A stretch of 59,596 nucleotides of DNA, filler included, from Sphacelaria rigidula (GCA_964200075.2; 8 parts of 8 records of this genome joined end to end with filler, not necessarily neighbours in it), one strand, 5' to 3'; positions 24,360 to 37,312 are shown, numbered from the whole stretch's first letter. The notes: generated by a model from the sequence alone, not told the origin. Program-made: numbers and translations.

Positions 24360-24627
24360 TGCTTGTACACCTGCGCAATTTGCGCCAAACCGGTAACGTA
24401 GAGATGCAGAGGTTGAAAAGTGAACGTTTCGAAGTGGAATGGAGCATCGTTGTTGAGGGCTGAGGCGGCGTGAACAAAAATTTAAAGGAACAGAGTGGCA
24501 GGGTACTGTCGACAGTCGGTCGACATGTAGTTCCGTGCACTCCGCAAATGCATGAGGTCTACCACCTTATCAATCAGGTGCAGACAAGAGAGAAAGAAAA
24601 AAAAAGTCGAAGGCACACAACAAACCG

Positions 24628-24630
<3 letters not shown>

Positions 24631-24663
<33 letters not shown>
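24631..24663. repeat. (GT)n microsatellite
   Basis: Perfect GTGT run. Confidence 0.95.
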
Positions 24664-24665
<2 letters not shown>

Positions 24666-27009
24666 GGAATAACTTGTAACAGCAAGAGACAATAAAACGA
24701 AGGTTGTCACAAGCAACAGACATACAGTGTCTGTCACCAGCGCAACAGCGCATTAACAAACCTGCATGCCACGAAGGGATGTACGTATGGAACGCATCGA
24801 ACAGCAACATTAAACCACTCGGTTCTGTGTTGAGAACATGTTGAGGTTGAGAAAAAAAAAACAATTGTCGGATGCCGTATGTCCAGAGGCAATATCAGCG
24901 CGGCTGGCGATACTTACTCCAGTACCGCGTAGTTCGCTGGAAATAGCCGAGCCGGGGGATCGGTCACGTATCATCGTGCAGGTACACAGTGAATAAATGT
25001 ACAAACGCAACCGTAATACGAATATATAGTGAAGTACAAACACAGCCTACAAAGCCCCAGACAGCAAAATGCTGTGTGGCACAGTACAGTACAGTACGGT
25101 ATCGATTTGGACGCATCCCATGAAGAAAACCCGACACAACGCTATACCCGCGCCGTGTACGATCATATCGAGGTTGCAATAGAGATAGCTTTGTTCAAGT
25201 AGGGGAGCAGTACCACGCATGATGCAGCACGGCACCTCACCGTCCGCAAATAATTGCTCGCCGAGACCACTTGCAATTCAAACGGCACTGTACTCTGGAC
25301 AGTACGTCAATTCGGAACAATAGTTAAGCGCAGGAGGTACGCGGCGATCTGAGCGGTTGGTACGCACTGTAGTGGTTGTGTCGGTGGGGAGACAATCAAA
25401 CTGTAATGTACACTGGTGCCGTTTCAAAGTAACAAAAGTACAGAGTCGGGCGCTTGTGTACAAGTAACATGAGCCTCGCGCCTCGCCGCGTTCCATCAAG
25501 CTCGTGTACAGACAACATTCTCATCCTGGTTTATCATGCCGTGTCGATATAATTTGGTACGCATGGTGGCTCAGCGTTCCGTGTTTGGGCAAGAAAAGTC
25601 GTATGTACAGCGGGCGGCGATTGAAACAGCCCGCGAACTCGCTACCTGCAAGCATGAATCAGCGCGTGTTTAGAGACATGTCGGTCGATTCGGTTGATGC
25701 AGAATCGACGGACTGTGAGCAGGGGCTCTTGCGGGGGCAGGTGGTCGGGAGGGCGGTGAAAAAGCCACGGACCTTTGAGGGGCGTATCTAAACAAGGAAC
25801 GTGTGAGCGGCTTTACTATCCGAGAACCGCCCGTGGGTTAAAAAGGACACGGCACCTCAGATCAAGTGTGCATGAAAACGCTATGCGTTCTATGTGCGGT
25901 GTATGACGTTACCAGAGAGAGCGTATCCGCCAAAGTGGGTCGGCTTGTGCCGTCGATGTGACCTGCAGGTTGAGGGGAATATGCTTGTGCAGCAAAAGAG
26001 GGCTTGCGTGTGCGCTCATACCTGAAGCGCTTCATGGTTCGGTCACGGTTGCCTGAAAGCAACGTGGGGACTGTGTGACACATCGCAGACCTGCAGCTAA
26101 CTCGAGTCGGAATGTCTATCAAACTCCGAGTAAATGAGAGAACAGGTTGATGAGCTGTCTAATTACCTTGGTGTATTACACCGCTAGATCGTGTACACAA
26201 AATATCAAGTGAAAACGAGGGCCGAAATTATAGGGTTTTGGAGAGAAGGCCGTGAGCTGGTGGTTGGTTGTTTGAAAACAGTGACAGCGGCCGACTGAGA
26301 AAGAAAAACCGTACAGCTGAATGAAACAAGCTACCTCTGAAGCCCCGCAATGTGATGGTATCGTCAACTACCGCAAGCAGTAAAACCGTATACGCCGAAC
26401 GCAAGCAAGCCACACCCTTGGCAGATGTGAGCATGCGATCCTGGATTGACTCGTCACACTCAATCCGTTGATTCGCCCTCTCAATACAAAACAATAGCCC
26501 AGCTGTCAGAAGGGGAGACGGTCCCAGAGCCAGCAAACAAGTAACAATTGTGAATGAGGGCAGAAATACAGTACACTGCTAAGACTCACGTCAGAGCTGT
26601 GGACTCGCGACACTGAAAACAGGAGATCGGTGGGTAGATGATGAGTAAAAACTCTTCTTTATCCAAGGAGGCCTGATGACTGTAGTCGGGGTTTTCGAGT
26701 GCGACAGGGGGGTAGATAGAGCAGCGGCCCATGCGTCCGTCTGCCCCGCTTACAATCTCGTCATGATACAAAATCACCGTGACGCGCCGTACCTTTAGGT
26801 AATCAAGGCTGTAGTAGCAGCAGGTACACGCAGCTAATCGGGTACAATCCATCTACCTTCAACCCGCTGCGTCAACAATACAAGGATCGAATCCTGTCTC
26901 ATACAAACACACACATTCGACTAGAATCTTCCCATACCAGCTTGTCATTTCTAGGAACCATCTGCATATCCCGAAGACCTAGTTTTAATTCAGGCACTCA
27001 GTCATTTAC

Positions 27010-27384
27010 CATCACAAGGGATTATTGTCGGAATGCGGGCTATGGCGGATTGGGCCTCCTCCAAGAGACTTGCTATATTTTCCACGAAGATTCCAGCGCG
27101 CTTGTCCGATCTTTCGTTCGCCTAGGTTTACTTCTCGCCAAATTCTGGGTTTTTTTCAGTCGCACCCAAAAACTTCGAGTTTTCGGGGAAAAGTGTACGT
27201 TTACGTTTTCCCCGATAATTGGACGATTTGGGGGCCGACTGAAAAAATTCAGAATCAGGTCAAAAATTAAACTAGGCGTACAAACAATCGGACAGGTGCG
27301 CTACAATCCTGGTGAAAAATGGAGCAAATATTTCCGAAGCGGCCAAATCCGCCAAGGCCCGTATTCCGCCAACAATCTGTGATG
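27010..27384. repeat. Imperfect foldback element (~185-bp arms)
   Basis: catcac..gatt.ttg.cggaat.cggg..tggcggatt.ggcc...tgtccgat...cgcctag...ttttttcagtcg..cccaaa...tcggggaaaa is mirrored around ~27198. Confidence 0.8.
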
Positions 27385-28390
27385 AATGGTTCAAAAGGGC
27401 AGTTCTCAGAGATAATTTCTTTCAGTCTATGAGAAACGGCCTCACACGATATTCGTATCATCTACGCGTGTAGTTCCCGGGTTCAGGCGGATATTGGCCC
27501 CACGTTCCCCATTTATCTGCCCAATTCTTTGCACCACTTTCCACAACCACCGTGCGACCTCTCAAACGCTATGGGTTGCCCACATCATCGTTGCTGCTTT
27601 TTTCCCGAATTTTTTCGACCCCCGCTGCGCGAAAAAAGCATCCCAACGATCTTAATATCAATCGACATACCCTCAACAAATTTTACTTTCGTTGATGCTA
27701 CCGGCGTTGTGTTCTGCTTCTGTCTCTGGGCGCACTCGAGAACACCCCAAATTCGATCCCTTTTGAACAGAGCGAGTCTTGATTGAATCTCTCAGACTTG
27801 ACTGTCGCAACTTCAAAGGAGGCACTTTTGGAGATTTCAGGCGTCACACGCAGCAACCGGCTCTCCGAATAACTTTAGACGCCCTCAAGAAGGTTCAACT
27901 TCATTGCTCCTTTCTTCGTCGTCTTCGCTTGTGCGTGCCTACGCCGCCGTGGCTGAGGTGGGGGGGGGGGGTGTTAGAGTACGTCATCGACTTCCCGGTG
28001 CATTCACTCGTGAAGCTTTGCGTAGGGATGGAGAAGAGAGCAACCACAAACCGTGATCGACTTCCCGGTTCATCAACTCGTGGAGCTATTTATAGGGATA
28101 GAGGAGAGAGCAAGCACGAACTGGTCATGAAATCGATGCCAACCTATATATTACGGGGAGTCCGCCGGTTAGACGGTGTAAAGCTACAGACTTTGCCGAC
28201 AACATCGCTGCCGAATGCGAGCTTTTTTGTGTGCAGAGTATGTGTACTTTTATTGTTGTACTTTCTGTAGTGCGTTTGAAAAGTACAGGAACCTACTGTG
28301 TTCGCGAGTACAGCCCGTATTTGCAACCTTGCACTACTGAACTGTCTGTGCTTGCAGAGCTGCGCTTTGCACGGCGCTTCGCACGAGGGG

Positions 28391-28636
28391 CTACTGCCGA
28401 GATAGCCCCCCCCTCAAATCGGCCAAAGACGTGCACCGAGGCGATGATCATAACTGCCGTTAAAGCTGATTTCGTGCTGGACGACGCGACTGATCTGGGC
28501 GTTATAGCTGATTTCGGAGTGCTACACGCCTTTCATGTGAGCGAAGTTGCTGCAAACGAGCCCAGTAGTGGGGTCGCAGCCGGCTCGTTGAATGGTCTCC
28601 GGTGCACTTTTTGTGGGGGGGCTATCTCGGCATTAG
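28391..28636 (+). mobile_element. MITE (~245 bp) with TIR cta.tgccgagatagcccccc; inverted copy at 29485-29728
   Basis: TIRs ctactgccgagatagcccccc / gggggctatctcggcattag. The internal sequence matches the reverse complement of 29485-29728. Confidence 0.9.
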
Positions 28637-28879
28637 TCGAGGTGTAACAAGCGGATGGGAAGTATTGACGCCGTACCCTGGTGCGATGTTCATATTTTAT
28701 GCTGCACTGCGCTACTGTCTGTGTGTATCATAACATACGGTACTGTTGTACTATCCTACCCTCTGCTGTCGCTGTACTTGAAGGGCGATGAAAGGCACTG
28801 CACTCGTGAACTCTTGTCGCATGCTGTGCACTGTTCTCGCTATACTGACTGTATCGTCATGTATTACCACACGGCAGTA

Positions 28880-29077
28880 GAGACTTTCGGAAACCAATTT
28901 GTTTGTCATTCCCGAGTGCAGATATCTCAGCGTCAGAGTGCAGAAAAAAAAAACACCCCATTGCCAAAACGTCAAGGGGATACCACATTTGATGGAGGGG
29001 AAATGTTTTTTACGTTACGCTCTAACCCTGAGATATTTGCACTCTGAAATGACGAAAAAACGTTTTCCGAAACTCTC
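28880..29077. mobile_element. Palindromic MITE (~200 bp, ~60-bp TIRs); second copy at 34721-34929
   Basis: gagactttcggaaa...gtcatt..gagtgcagatatctcag / ctgagatatttgcactctgaaatgac...ttccgaaactctc. Confidence 0.8.
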
Positions 29078-29484
29078 TAATACCGTGTACTGTGGTTGTG
29101 GATTGTACTGCACTGCACTAGACTCCAGGATACCACAGTACGACGCCGCTCTTGAAAGATGATTCACTGCCTGCCTGTTCTTTGGCTTCTTTAGCTGCCG
29201 TAGAAGTTGGTCTGACGCCTCAGATTTGGAACACGTGGGCTCCCGAATAAAGAAATACTCGCGCGATCGGTCATAACAAGGAGATGTGGGTGGAATTCTT
29301 ATTTCCCCCTACATGGGTGAACATACTTTTTCCGCACAGAGGAAGGCCAACACAGTGGTTTTTAATATTACTTCGAGAACTCCACCTTCCTTTTTACGGT
29401 GCTCACCGTTCTTTTTACAAAGAGAAGGATTCAGCGGTCCCTCCCCTCGTCGACCGTGAAGTCGAACTTTGTGTACGCACGAGG

Positions 29485-29728
29485 CTAATGCCGAGATAGC
29501 CCCCCCGCAAAAAGTCCACCGGCAACATCCAAAGAACCGGCTGCGATCCCACTATTGGGCTCGTTTGCAGCAATTTTGCCCACATGAGAGGCGTGTAGCA
29601 GTCGGAAATCAGCGATAACGTCCAAATCAGTCGCGTCGTGCAGCACTAAACCAGCTTTAACGGCAGTTATGATCATCGCCTCCGTGCACGTTTTTGGCCG
29701 GTTTGGGGGGGGGCTATCTCGGCAGCAG
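29485..29728 (-). mobile_element. MITE, second copy of the 28391-28636 family
   Basis: Same TIRs and body, opposite orientation. Confidence 0.9.
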
Positions 29729-29917
29729 TCACGACGTAGTCGCTCTCCACNNNNNNNNNNNNNNNNNNNNNNNNNNNNNNNNNNNNNNNNNNNNTTAATT
29801 AATTAANNNNNNNNNNNNNNNNNNNNNNNNNNNNNNNNNNNNNNNNNNNNTGCGATAAGGAGACCAAAACCCCCGGGATGCACAGGCAAACCCAGGAAAA
29901 CCCCCCCCCGCCCCCCC

Positions 29918-30100
29918 GGCGAAACAGGACGGGGATAAGATATGCAACATGTTTTCGTGTAATGTATGGAAGAAACGTTGTGAGCGCCGGAATGTTGGAG
30001 GTGTCTCTATTGAGAGTAGGAACGGTCCTCCGTCTCGAAAGGGATGCCTGGTCAATGGTCAAACGACGAAGACGAGCAACAAATGAGTACGCCTCCCCCT
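29918..30100 (+). mobile_element. LINE family A 3' fragment flanked by C tracts
   Basis: Encodes AKQDGDKICNMFSCNVWKKRCERRNVGGVSIESRNGPPSRKGCLVNGQTTKTSNK* followed by gtacgcctccccc. Preceded by a C tract at 29901-29917. Confidence 0.8.
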
Positions 30101-31180
30101 GATTGCACAGTGTCGCGACGCATATCACGCCGTTTCTTACCATTATTGCTTGCATTACTGAGATGATGACCACGGACCGCCGTGTTGCGTATGATGAAGT
30201 GCCCCCCACCAACGATTTCTCTCTAACCTTCATCGCGAGCGGGGGTCATTCCTTCTTAGCACCTTGCCGTCCATCGTCAAGATCATCTGTAAATATCGCA
30301 TGACTGTCGTGGTTGTTCGCGGTATATTGGTAATCTAAGTAGCAAGTAAGTTTTCCTTGAAAAATATCATAAGATTCATGTCTTTCGGCCCGTGACAGTT
30401 GTTCCGGTGGCCCCTGTGTGCGACGATCGAGTACGTGAACTTCGCGTGTCCTTTGCCTTTTCTGCTCTCTGCTTCCCTTTCGTTCTTCTTCTTCGTGTCT
30501 GGGTTGGGACAGATTTGCCACGCCAGAGCTAGGACAACGAGCGATTGCAGAGATGCAGAGTTACCAGATCGATAGCAGGGCCATCCAAGTGAGCGAGAAC
30601 GCAGCCACTAAACAGCACAGTAGGATGTATTTACATGGTGTAACACTTGCATCCGCGCGTGTTCATTACGGTCCCAAAATGGGTTTGTCGAGCAAAGATG
30701 CACACCATCATCGTGTTTGTCTTCGTTTGCCGGTGGGATCGAATGCAGTCCCCAACCATGGAATATGACAAAATGTCGATGGCAAGTGCTTTGATTACCG
30801 TGCCTTTTTCCCGCAGTGTGTTGCAGTCGCTGGCTTGGCCTACAGGCGTCGGCTCCACGATAGAGGGACCCGAATGCCGAATTGATGGCACGATCCCGCC
30901 TCTTCGCATGTACAAGTGTCCGCGTATTGGGTACCCGCACCGGGAAATTCCAGACAAGATGCGGTACATTTTTTTCAACCTCTCCATCGTTCAAGTTCGC
31001 AAATCGATTGTAGCGCTGTATACGATTGACGTTCCTGCTACAGTGTGTGTATATGACATACAGTAGCGCGTGGTGATAATTATTAGGTGACAAAAAGTAA
31101 GAGTTTGCATTCACTCACGAAATATCTTGTTTTATTTTTATTTGTCACTATACTGTATATATATTTCTAATCGCACAAAG

Positions 31181-33249
31181 GTTCGCGAGGATCGCGAGGT
31201 TGGCGGACCAGGAGGCGAAGGAGGCGGACGTGGACAGGTAAATATATCCGCAGAGCTATGTCCGTACGAACGACACGTGATGTTGTGTTGTCGGTGTCTC
31301 GGTGTGCGCGCGCGTATGTGTATCCATGTGCGCAGTTATATGTTTAGAACAGTTACAGCGTTGCTGTCCCGGCGGGAGTGCACAGATGGTGGGAGCGTCC
31401 ATATATGCATTCTTAATGGACGTTCCGTCAAACCTAGTGGCCATGAGTCTGATCATTGGATGATGATGAAAATTAATCCCGCTGCCTACTTGCGCACGAT
31501 GCTTTTTTCAACATTACGTAGCATATGTGTTCCTTTGTTCTAGATGTTTTCTTTTTTTTTTTGTACCACCCTCCAGTCTCCTATGTGATGTATACGGCAC
31601 TGTTCTGAATCGCGTGGAGGTGTGAGTGTATGTGACGTTGTCCGTATGAGTATGCGTATGCGTATGCGTATGCATAGATGTCTGTAAGTTCCTTTCTCGT
31701 CTCTTCCTAGCTCCGACGCCTCTTCCTATTTAAACCACCCGCTCTCGTCCCCGCAGGGTACTGGCAAGCGCCCAAGAAAGCCCAGAAAGGTGAGCCCCCC
31801 CCCCCCCCCCCCCCCCCCCCCTCCATCCACACCTACCCCCACCATTTCCCCCGCACCTCCGTCTCGTCAACCGCGCGCGCTGCTGTGGCGAGCTGCGTGG
31901 GCGATGGTAGCGGGCGGAACAGTGCATGTGTGGGGACCTCTGTTGTGTTGCGTCTTGGCTGTTGCAGGTGGTACGATCACCGCAAGCGTACTACTGTGCC
32001 GTGCCGTGCTGCACTTTTCATCTGAGAAGGGCGGCGTAAATGATGCGGTGGCCGCGGTGGTGGTGGTGTCCTGTACTACGTTAGTATCCCGAACGAACGA
32101 CGGCCGACGGGGGAGACTGACAGATCAGAAAGAGAGTTCGGGCGCGCGTCCTCGTGGGGTGTGCTGTGCTTGCCGCAAGTGTCAGTGTGTTTGGCGCGCG
32201 ATGAATCGTGTTTCATGCGTCTCTCTCTCTGTCTGGACCTAGCTGCATTTTGTAAGGTTACTGGCGATATCATTAGCATCGGAGCACACGCCAGTATCGA
32301 CCGTGTCCGCTACCGAAACCATCCACTCGAACAGTGTGAGGATAACATAGCAAATATATGGCCGATGAGGTAATGGCAGATATTCAGAGGTCAAGTTGGG
32401 GTGAAATGCTGCTCGAGTCAGGCGTTCACGTTTTGGGGGCAGTTTTCTGCTTTTATTCATTCATCATACAACCAAAGTGCATACATGCATATATATGTTC
32501 TCTTGTATGTGTCGTGTGTGATGTGACAGTGCTGTCGTGTTCGGCACCTGCTCAGAAATGTAGTACTCCTACTGTTTTTTCGTGTAGGCTTGCTTCTCGG
32601 GACTTTTTTTTTATTTTTCCTTTGATTCTGAGGGGGGGTGTACTCATGATCATGCGTGCCATAGTCATCAGACCATTGACCTCGGAAGGGGGGGGGGAGG
32701 AAGAAGGGGGAGGAGCCGATGTCGTTTCAACTCTTGGGGGCGGCGGGTTGGGCATCCTCATGATTTTGCATGCCGTAGTCATGGAAGCATTGACCTCGCA
32801 TCCCTACAGGGCCGGGACAGAGTAGCGGGTTTTCATCGGACCGGGGTGTGGGGGGTGGTATCCTGCTGTTACCTTTATTCTTGATGTTCCATGTATTACT
32901 GCATTTTTTGGTAGTTACGGTTGTGTGTGTGGCAACGTTAAATAGCCATATCCCTGCGTTGCTCTGCTGACGTGTTACTGCATGAACCAATTTTTTCTTG
33001 TCAAAAGTGTTCTTGTTAGCAAGTGTATGCGTTTTTTTGTCTTTTTTCTTTCTCGCTCGCTTGCTCGCCTGCTCGCTCGCTCGCTCGCTCGCTTGCTTGC
33101 TGTCGTGGCAGGGAAGCAGTGGCGGCGGTGGAATGGGAAGCGGCGGGGGAGGAATGGCAGGCAGCAGGAGCGGCGGGGACGCCTGCACTGTCTTTGTGGG
33201 CAACCTTGCCTGGGGTACAACAGATGAGGACCTGCTCGCCACATTCCAG
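31181..33249 (+). CDS. Partial multi-exon RNA-recognition-motif protein (GBP2/HRB1/hnRNP-M-like)
   Basis: Phase-0 exons 31181-31237 (VREDREVGGPGGEGGGRGQ), 31757-31789 (GTGKRPRKPRK) and 33112-33249 (GSSGGGG...CTVFVGNLAWGTTDEDLLATFQ). VREDRE is a typical RRM end in this family, and VFVGNL is RNP2. Confidence 0.8.
32632..32845 (-). mobile_element. Two short intronic 3' tips of retroelement family B (32632-32687 and ~32750-32845), each bounded by G tracts
   Basis: gggggggtgtactcatgatcatgcgtgccatagtcatcagaccattgacctcg followed by G10. The second tip reads ctcatgattttgcatgccgtagtcatggaagcattgacctcgcatccctacag. Confidence 0.8.
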
Positions 33250-34720
33250 GTGCAGTACGAGCGCTGAGACATTGTGCGTCAACACCTCTCGTCACCAGTA
33301 TAAGCCCCACATCGGAAGCGGACTTTTTTCAAGTGCGGAGGGTCCAGTATGATTTTAGCTTGAAGGGTAACCGATGGGGGGGAGGGGGGGTCTGTTTCGG
33401 TTTTTTGGTTCATTCAGGTAGTTTTTTTTCTCCGCTAACTTGTGTTTCCCCCGAAGAAATGGATCCGTCGTGGTGTCGAGTAGTCTCGTCCCATCTTTTC
33501 CCCCCTGGTGATGGACGGCTTACCCTCGCCATCATTCATTTTTGACTCACGTGTATAATCAACACTGCTGCAGCCCGTCATATTCTTCGTCGTTTTCGTT
33601 TTCCGTTAGTTTTTGTTTTGGTTCTCGTGTACTCATTCACACTCTGAATAATGACCAATGGATTTTATTGTAAAAGTGTACTGTGTACAGTATGGAATCT
33701 ATTGTCTGCTGCAATAGGCGCAATAGCCGATACTTTACACAGTATACTTTCTGACGGTATATTCTACTGTCTAGGGTGCGTACTCGTTCATGTTCTCGTG
33801 CACTCGGACGACGGCTACTGCATGAGAAGACCATAAATCCTCACGTATCATTATCGTCGGAAATCCGAACCCAACGAAATCTGCCCGAGCTGGTACGCCG
33901 AACCAACCACAATTCAAGTTATAATCTCTTGGAACGCGGCGGGTTTTGAAGCCGTGCTTCTTGGTGTGCCATGTAGGTCTGAGCGATCACCCACGCTCTC
34001 GACAGTGTTTTCGTTTGGTTCTGTAAAAGCGTGGCGCCTAGATGTCGTCCGGTCTATAAATGGAATCGCTTCGGCGACACCACCAACGCCGCCTTTGTTC
34101 ATCATGACTGGTCCCGCAATGGTCTTGACGGAGCTCGGCAAGGGTGAAAACCGTGGTTTTGAATATTTTGGGCGATCTGTACGACTGCTGCTGCTGGTCT
34201 GGGGATGGTATCCCAAGAGTGGTCATAGAGCACTGACTAAACGTGCACTACTGCACAGAGCATTTGCTTCTTGTACCGTACTGGTGGGTTGGAAAACAGT
34301 CATCCACTCGTGTTGCCCGTGCCCACTCGAGCGTCGAGGAGACTTCGTCGTCGTCAGCATGCCGTTTCATGCCGAGCTCTCACCCTCTCGCACATCTAAA
34401 GTCATGGCGTATACTACGATCCCCGTCTTCAGGGGCGTTGCTTTAGACCGATCTAATCGGTCATCATGAATTCTGACGCTTCAATGGGAGACGGGGAGGG
34501 GGGGGAGGGGGGTAGAAGAGTTACATACTCTGCCTCCTCCTCCTCGGTGCGAGCCCTCAAAGTCAAGGGGATCAACCCCGATCTCTTCTGCAGTGTCCGT
34601 TTTCCACTTGAACGTTGGGCATTATTGCGTGAGCATTTTTACACTCTGGACAATATATGGTCAGCAGGTGCAGTAGGCCTACACTTGACCCAGTCCAATG
34701 TTCGTCCGTTGCATCGATTC

Positions 34721-34929
34721 GAGAGTTTCGGAAAACGCTTTTCTGTTATTCCAGGAAGCAAATATCTCAGTATCAGAGCGCAGGATAATAAGAAACAACA
34801 TTTCATGAATGTTTTTTAGAGGATATCACATTTGACAGAGGTGCAAATAATTTTGCGTTACACTCTGATCCTGAGATTTTTGCACCCTGAAATGACCACA
34901 CGAGAACAAGAGCGTCTTCTGAAAGTCTC
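34721..34929. mobile_element. Palindromic MITE, second copy of the 28880-29077 family
   Basis: gagagtttcggaaaacg..gcaaatatctcag / ctgagatttttgcaccctgaaatgac..gaaagtctc. Confidence 0.75.
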
Positions 34930-35131
34930 TGCTCGCATTGATCACATGTAGTCCTGGGTGTGTTTGAAGCATTCCCGCCTCCGGTCGACTTTCAAACAAT
35001 CATTTTTCGTTGAGTCGAACTCGAGTGCGAGAGTGTTTTGTGCTGTGTGGTTGGCGATGTCTATATCCTCCCGGCGAGTGAGAATGTATGCATGCACACG
35101 TCGGACAGATCATGATCCGTCTGAAAATCAC

Positions 35132-36510
35132 CAGGGCTTTGTGAGGTATACGTCGCACATACGTTACGTGTCACAAACGTTGACAATGATGTGACGCAAC
35201 GTAACGTACGTTTTTCGGATACGTCATAAATGTGACGTGCCGTATTTTTTATGCACGTGATATGAACGCATTTTAAAATATTACTGTAACGTGTAACGTA
35301 TTTCCATGTTACACGTCACATTATACGTTCGTGACGTCGGAATGAACGTCACAGTCATCACACGCTCAACTTGTACCGCAAATAGTGTGAGATTAGTATT
35401 TGTGATACTCGCATGACATGATACGTGGGTTCAACAAGGGTGTGCATACGTCATCATAATACGCACGCGACGTGAGCGCAATTTCAGCGCCACGGCAGCA
35501 TGCACCGCTACACCACGCCCAACCAATAAACGGAAAACAATCGAATATCGGAATCCGAAAGCACGAGGTTCGAATTTCCTAATTTCACATTTCCAACTTC
35601 GATAGCACAGACGGGACGGGAGCGACGTGTAACGTAACGATTAGCGCGGCCCAGGATACTGAACGATGACGCATCATGTGTTCCTCTACCGTCATGATGT
35701 CCGCCCTGCGGACGCGGCTGAAATCGTACCTGATCATCAGTTTTTGTGTATTACATATATGAAGAAAACAGATCTTCTGCACTCACACCCTGCTGAGTGA
35801 ACAACTAATTATAACAATACATAATCGGATTGCCATGTGCTGGGTGTCCTACGAAATGCCAACCGACTACCAGGTATCACCAACGTATGACCTGTACATA
35901 CTTGCGTTTGTATGGTATATCATGACCTGCGCGCATCTTGGTGTTTCACCAGCTGAGTATCGAACATCAATAACGTACTTCTCATGCATTTCTTTCAAAT
36001 TGTAACGTGTGAGTCAGCGACGCATGAGCGATACACTGGTTGAGGCGCATTATTACATGTCAAAAGATGACCAGAACGCGCCTCATGCTCGAACAATGCA
36101 GTCACCGTGAACCTCCCGTACCAAGTGACGGTGCATGAAACATTACAACGTCGTACGTTGCGTTCATTTGCCGTCGACACGGTCGAACCCTAACGTTTCA
36201 TTTTACGTTACACGTCACAACAACGTTCTAAAATATGTAACACGTCACAAACGTCACGTATAGTATTCATTACACGTCACAAAAAACGTTTCAAAATACC
36301 TCACACGTCACTAGCGTAACGCATATTATCCGTCACACGTCAAAATAAACGTTTCAACATACGTTACAGTGACGTAACGTAACGTATAAGTTTTAAAGAC
36401 GTCACAAGTGTGACGTAACGTGAAGTACAGCTGAAAAGATGTGACGTGACGTAACGCATAATTTTTCATACGTTACAAGTGTGGCGTCACGTGTAACGTA
36501 AAGAGCCCCG
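35132..36510. mobile_element. Non-autonomous hAT-type DNA transposon with 8-bp target-site duplication
   Basis: Termini CAGGGCTTT / AAGAGCCCCG. Identical AAAATCAC at 35124-35131 and 36511-36518. Dense subterminal TGACGT/GTAACGT/ACGTCAC repeats at both ends, and no transposase ORF. Confidence 0.9.
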
Positions 36511-37000
36511 AAAATCACTTCTTCTCAGTATACTGATCTGGATCGTGGTCCGGATCAATCTCACCATACTTTTCCATGTTCGTTCCTTTGCGCGCCGGAC
36601 GTCGAATAGCGCAAAAGGTTGTGCCTCGGTTTTTCTGACTCCGCGGTCACACATTTTCAATTTTTGGACCAACGGATTCGAGACTCTTCAGTTGTTTCAG
36701 ACAGATCATGACGTGTCCCACGTGTACATGCATACATGCGTGCACGAGCAGACAGATCCCCGTCAGCTTTTTTCGTGTAGCAAGAATCCGCCACGGCGGT
36801 CACTACCATCATACCTCTTCGGTGGAACTTCAAACCGATGCTCGTTGGAAATGACCGCAAAATATTTTGCTCAAAAGGAGTTGCCGTGCGTTGTTTCTTC
36901 TTTGTGTTTTTTTGGGCCTGTTCCTTCTTGAGGGGGTGTCCATCTTTTTTTCCCGCTATGGTTGTTGGGGCACGGGGGACGGAAAGGGAGGGGCACGTTA

Positions 37001-37212
37001 GTACCGTAAATGACACAATATAAGACACCCCGGTGATAACATTTTGAAGTTTGAAAATATTATCACCGGGTGTGTTTTACTGTGAGGGGTGTGATATATT
37101 GTGTACCCCCGGTGATAAAGTGCAGCTCGCATCGGTCCCAAGGGGGTGTGATAAATAAGGGGGTGTGATAGCGCGTCCGAACACCCACAGCGTGTGTTTG
37201 GGGGTGTGATAA
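37001..37212 (+). mobile_element. Probable Tc1/mariner-pogo-type element end with subterminal ggtgtgata repeats, cut by contig end
   Basis: ta-ccgtaaatgacacaatataagac terminus followed by at least 6 copies of (g)gtg(tg)ataa. Confidence 0.5.
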
Positions 37213-37312
37213 NNNNNNNNNNNNNNNNNNNNNNNNNNNNNNNNNNNNNNNNNNNNTTAATTAATTAANNNNNNNNNNNNNNNNNNNNNNNNNNNNNNNN
37301 NNNNNNNNNNNN

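Noticed and set aside
24540-24590. Hammerhead-like CUGA core at the head of the decayed ORF
   Set aside because: ctgattga does not match CUGANGA, and no GAAA or three-stem arrangement was found.
25670-26812. Possible minus-strand micro-exons
   Set aside because: Plausible AG/GT pairs, but no unique frame or recognisable protein.
30647-31066. IDGTIP motif resembling a PIF/Harbinger DDE transposase
   Set aside because: Single short motif with no other catalytic context.
36190-36500. Regularly spaced acacgtcac repeats resembling a CRISPR-like array
   Set aside because: Repeats are short and degenerate, lie inside a TSD-bounded hAT element, and there are no cas genes.
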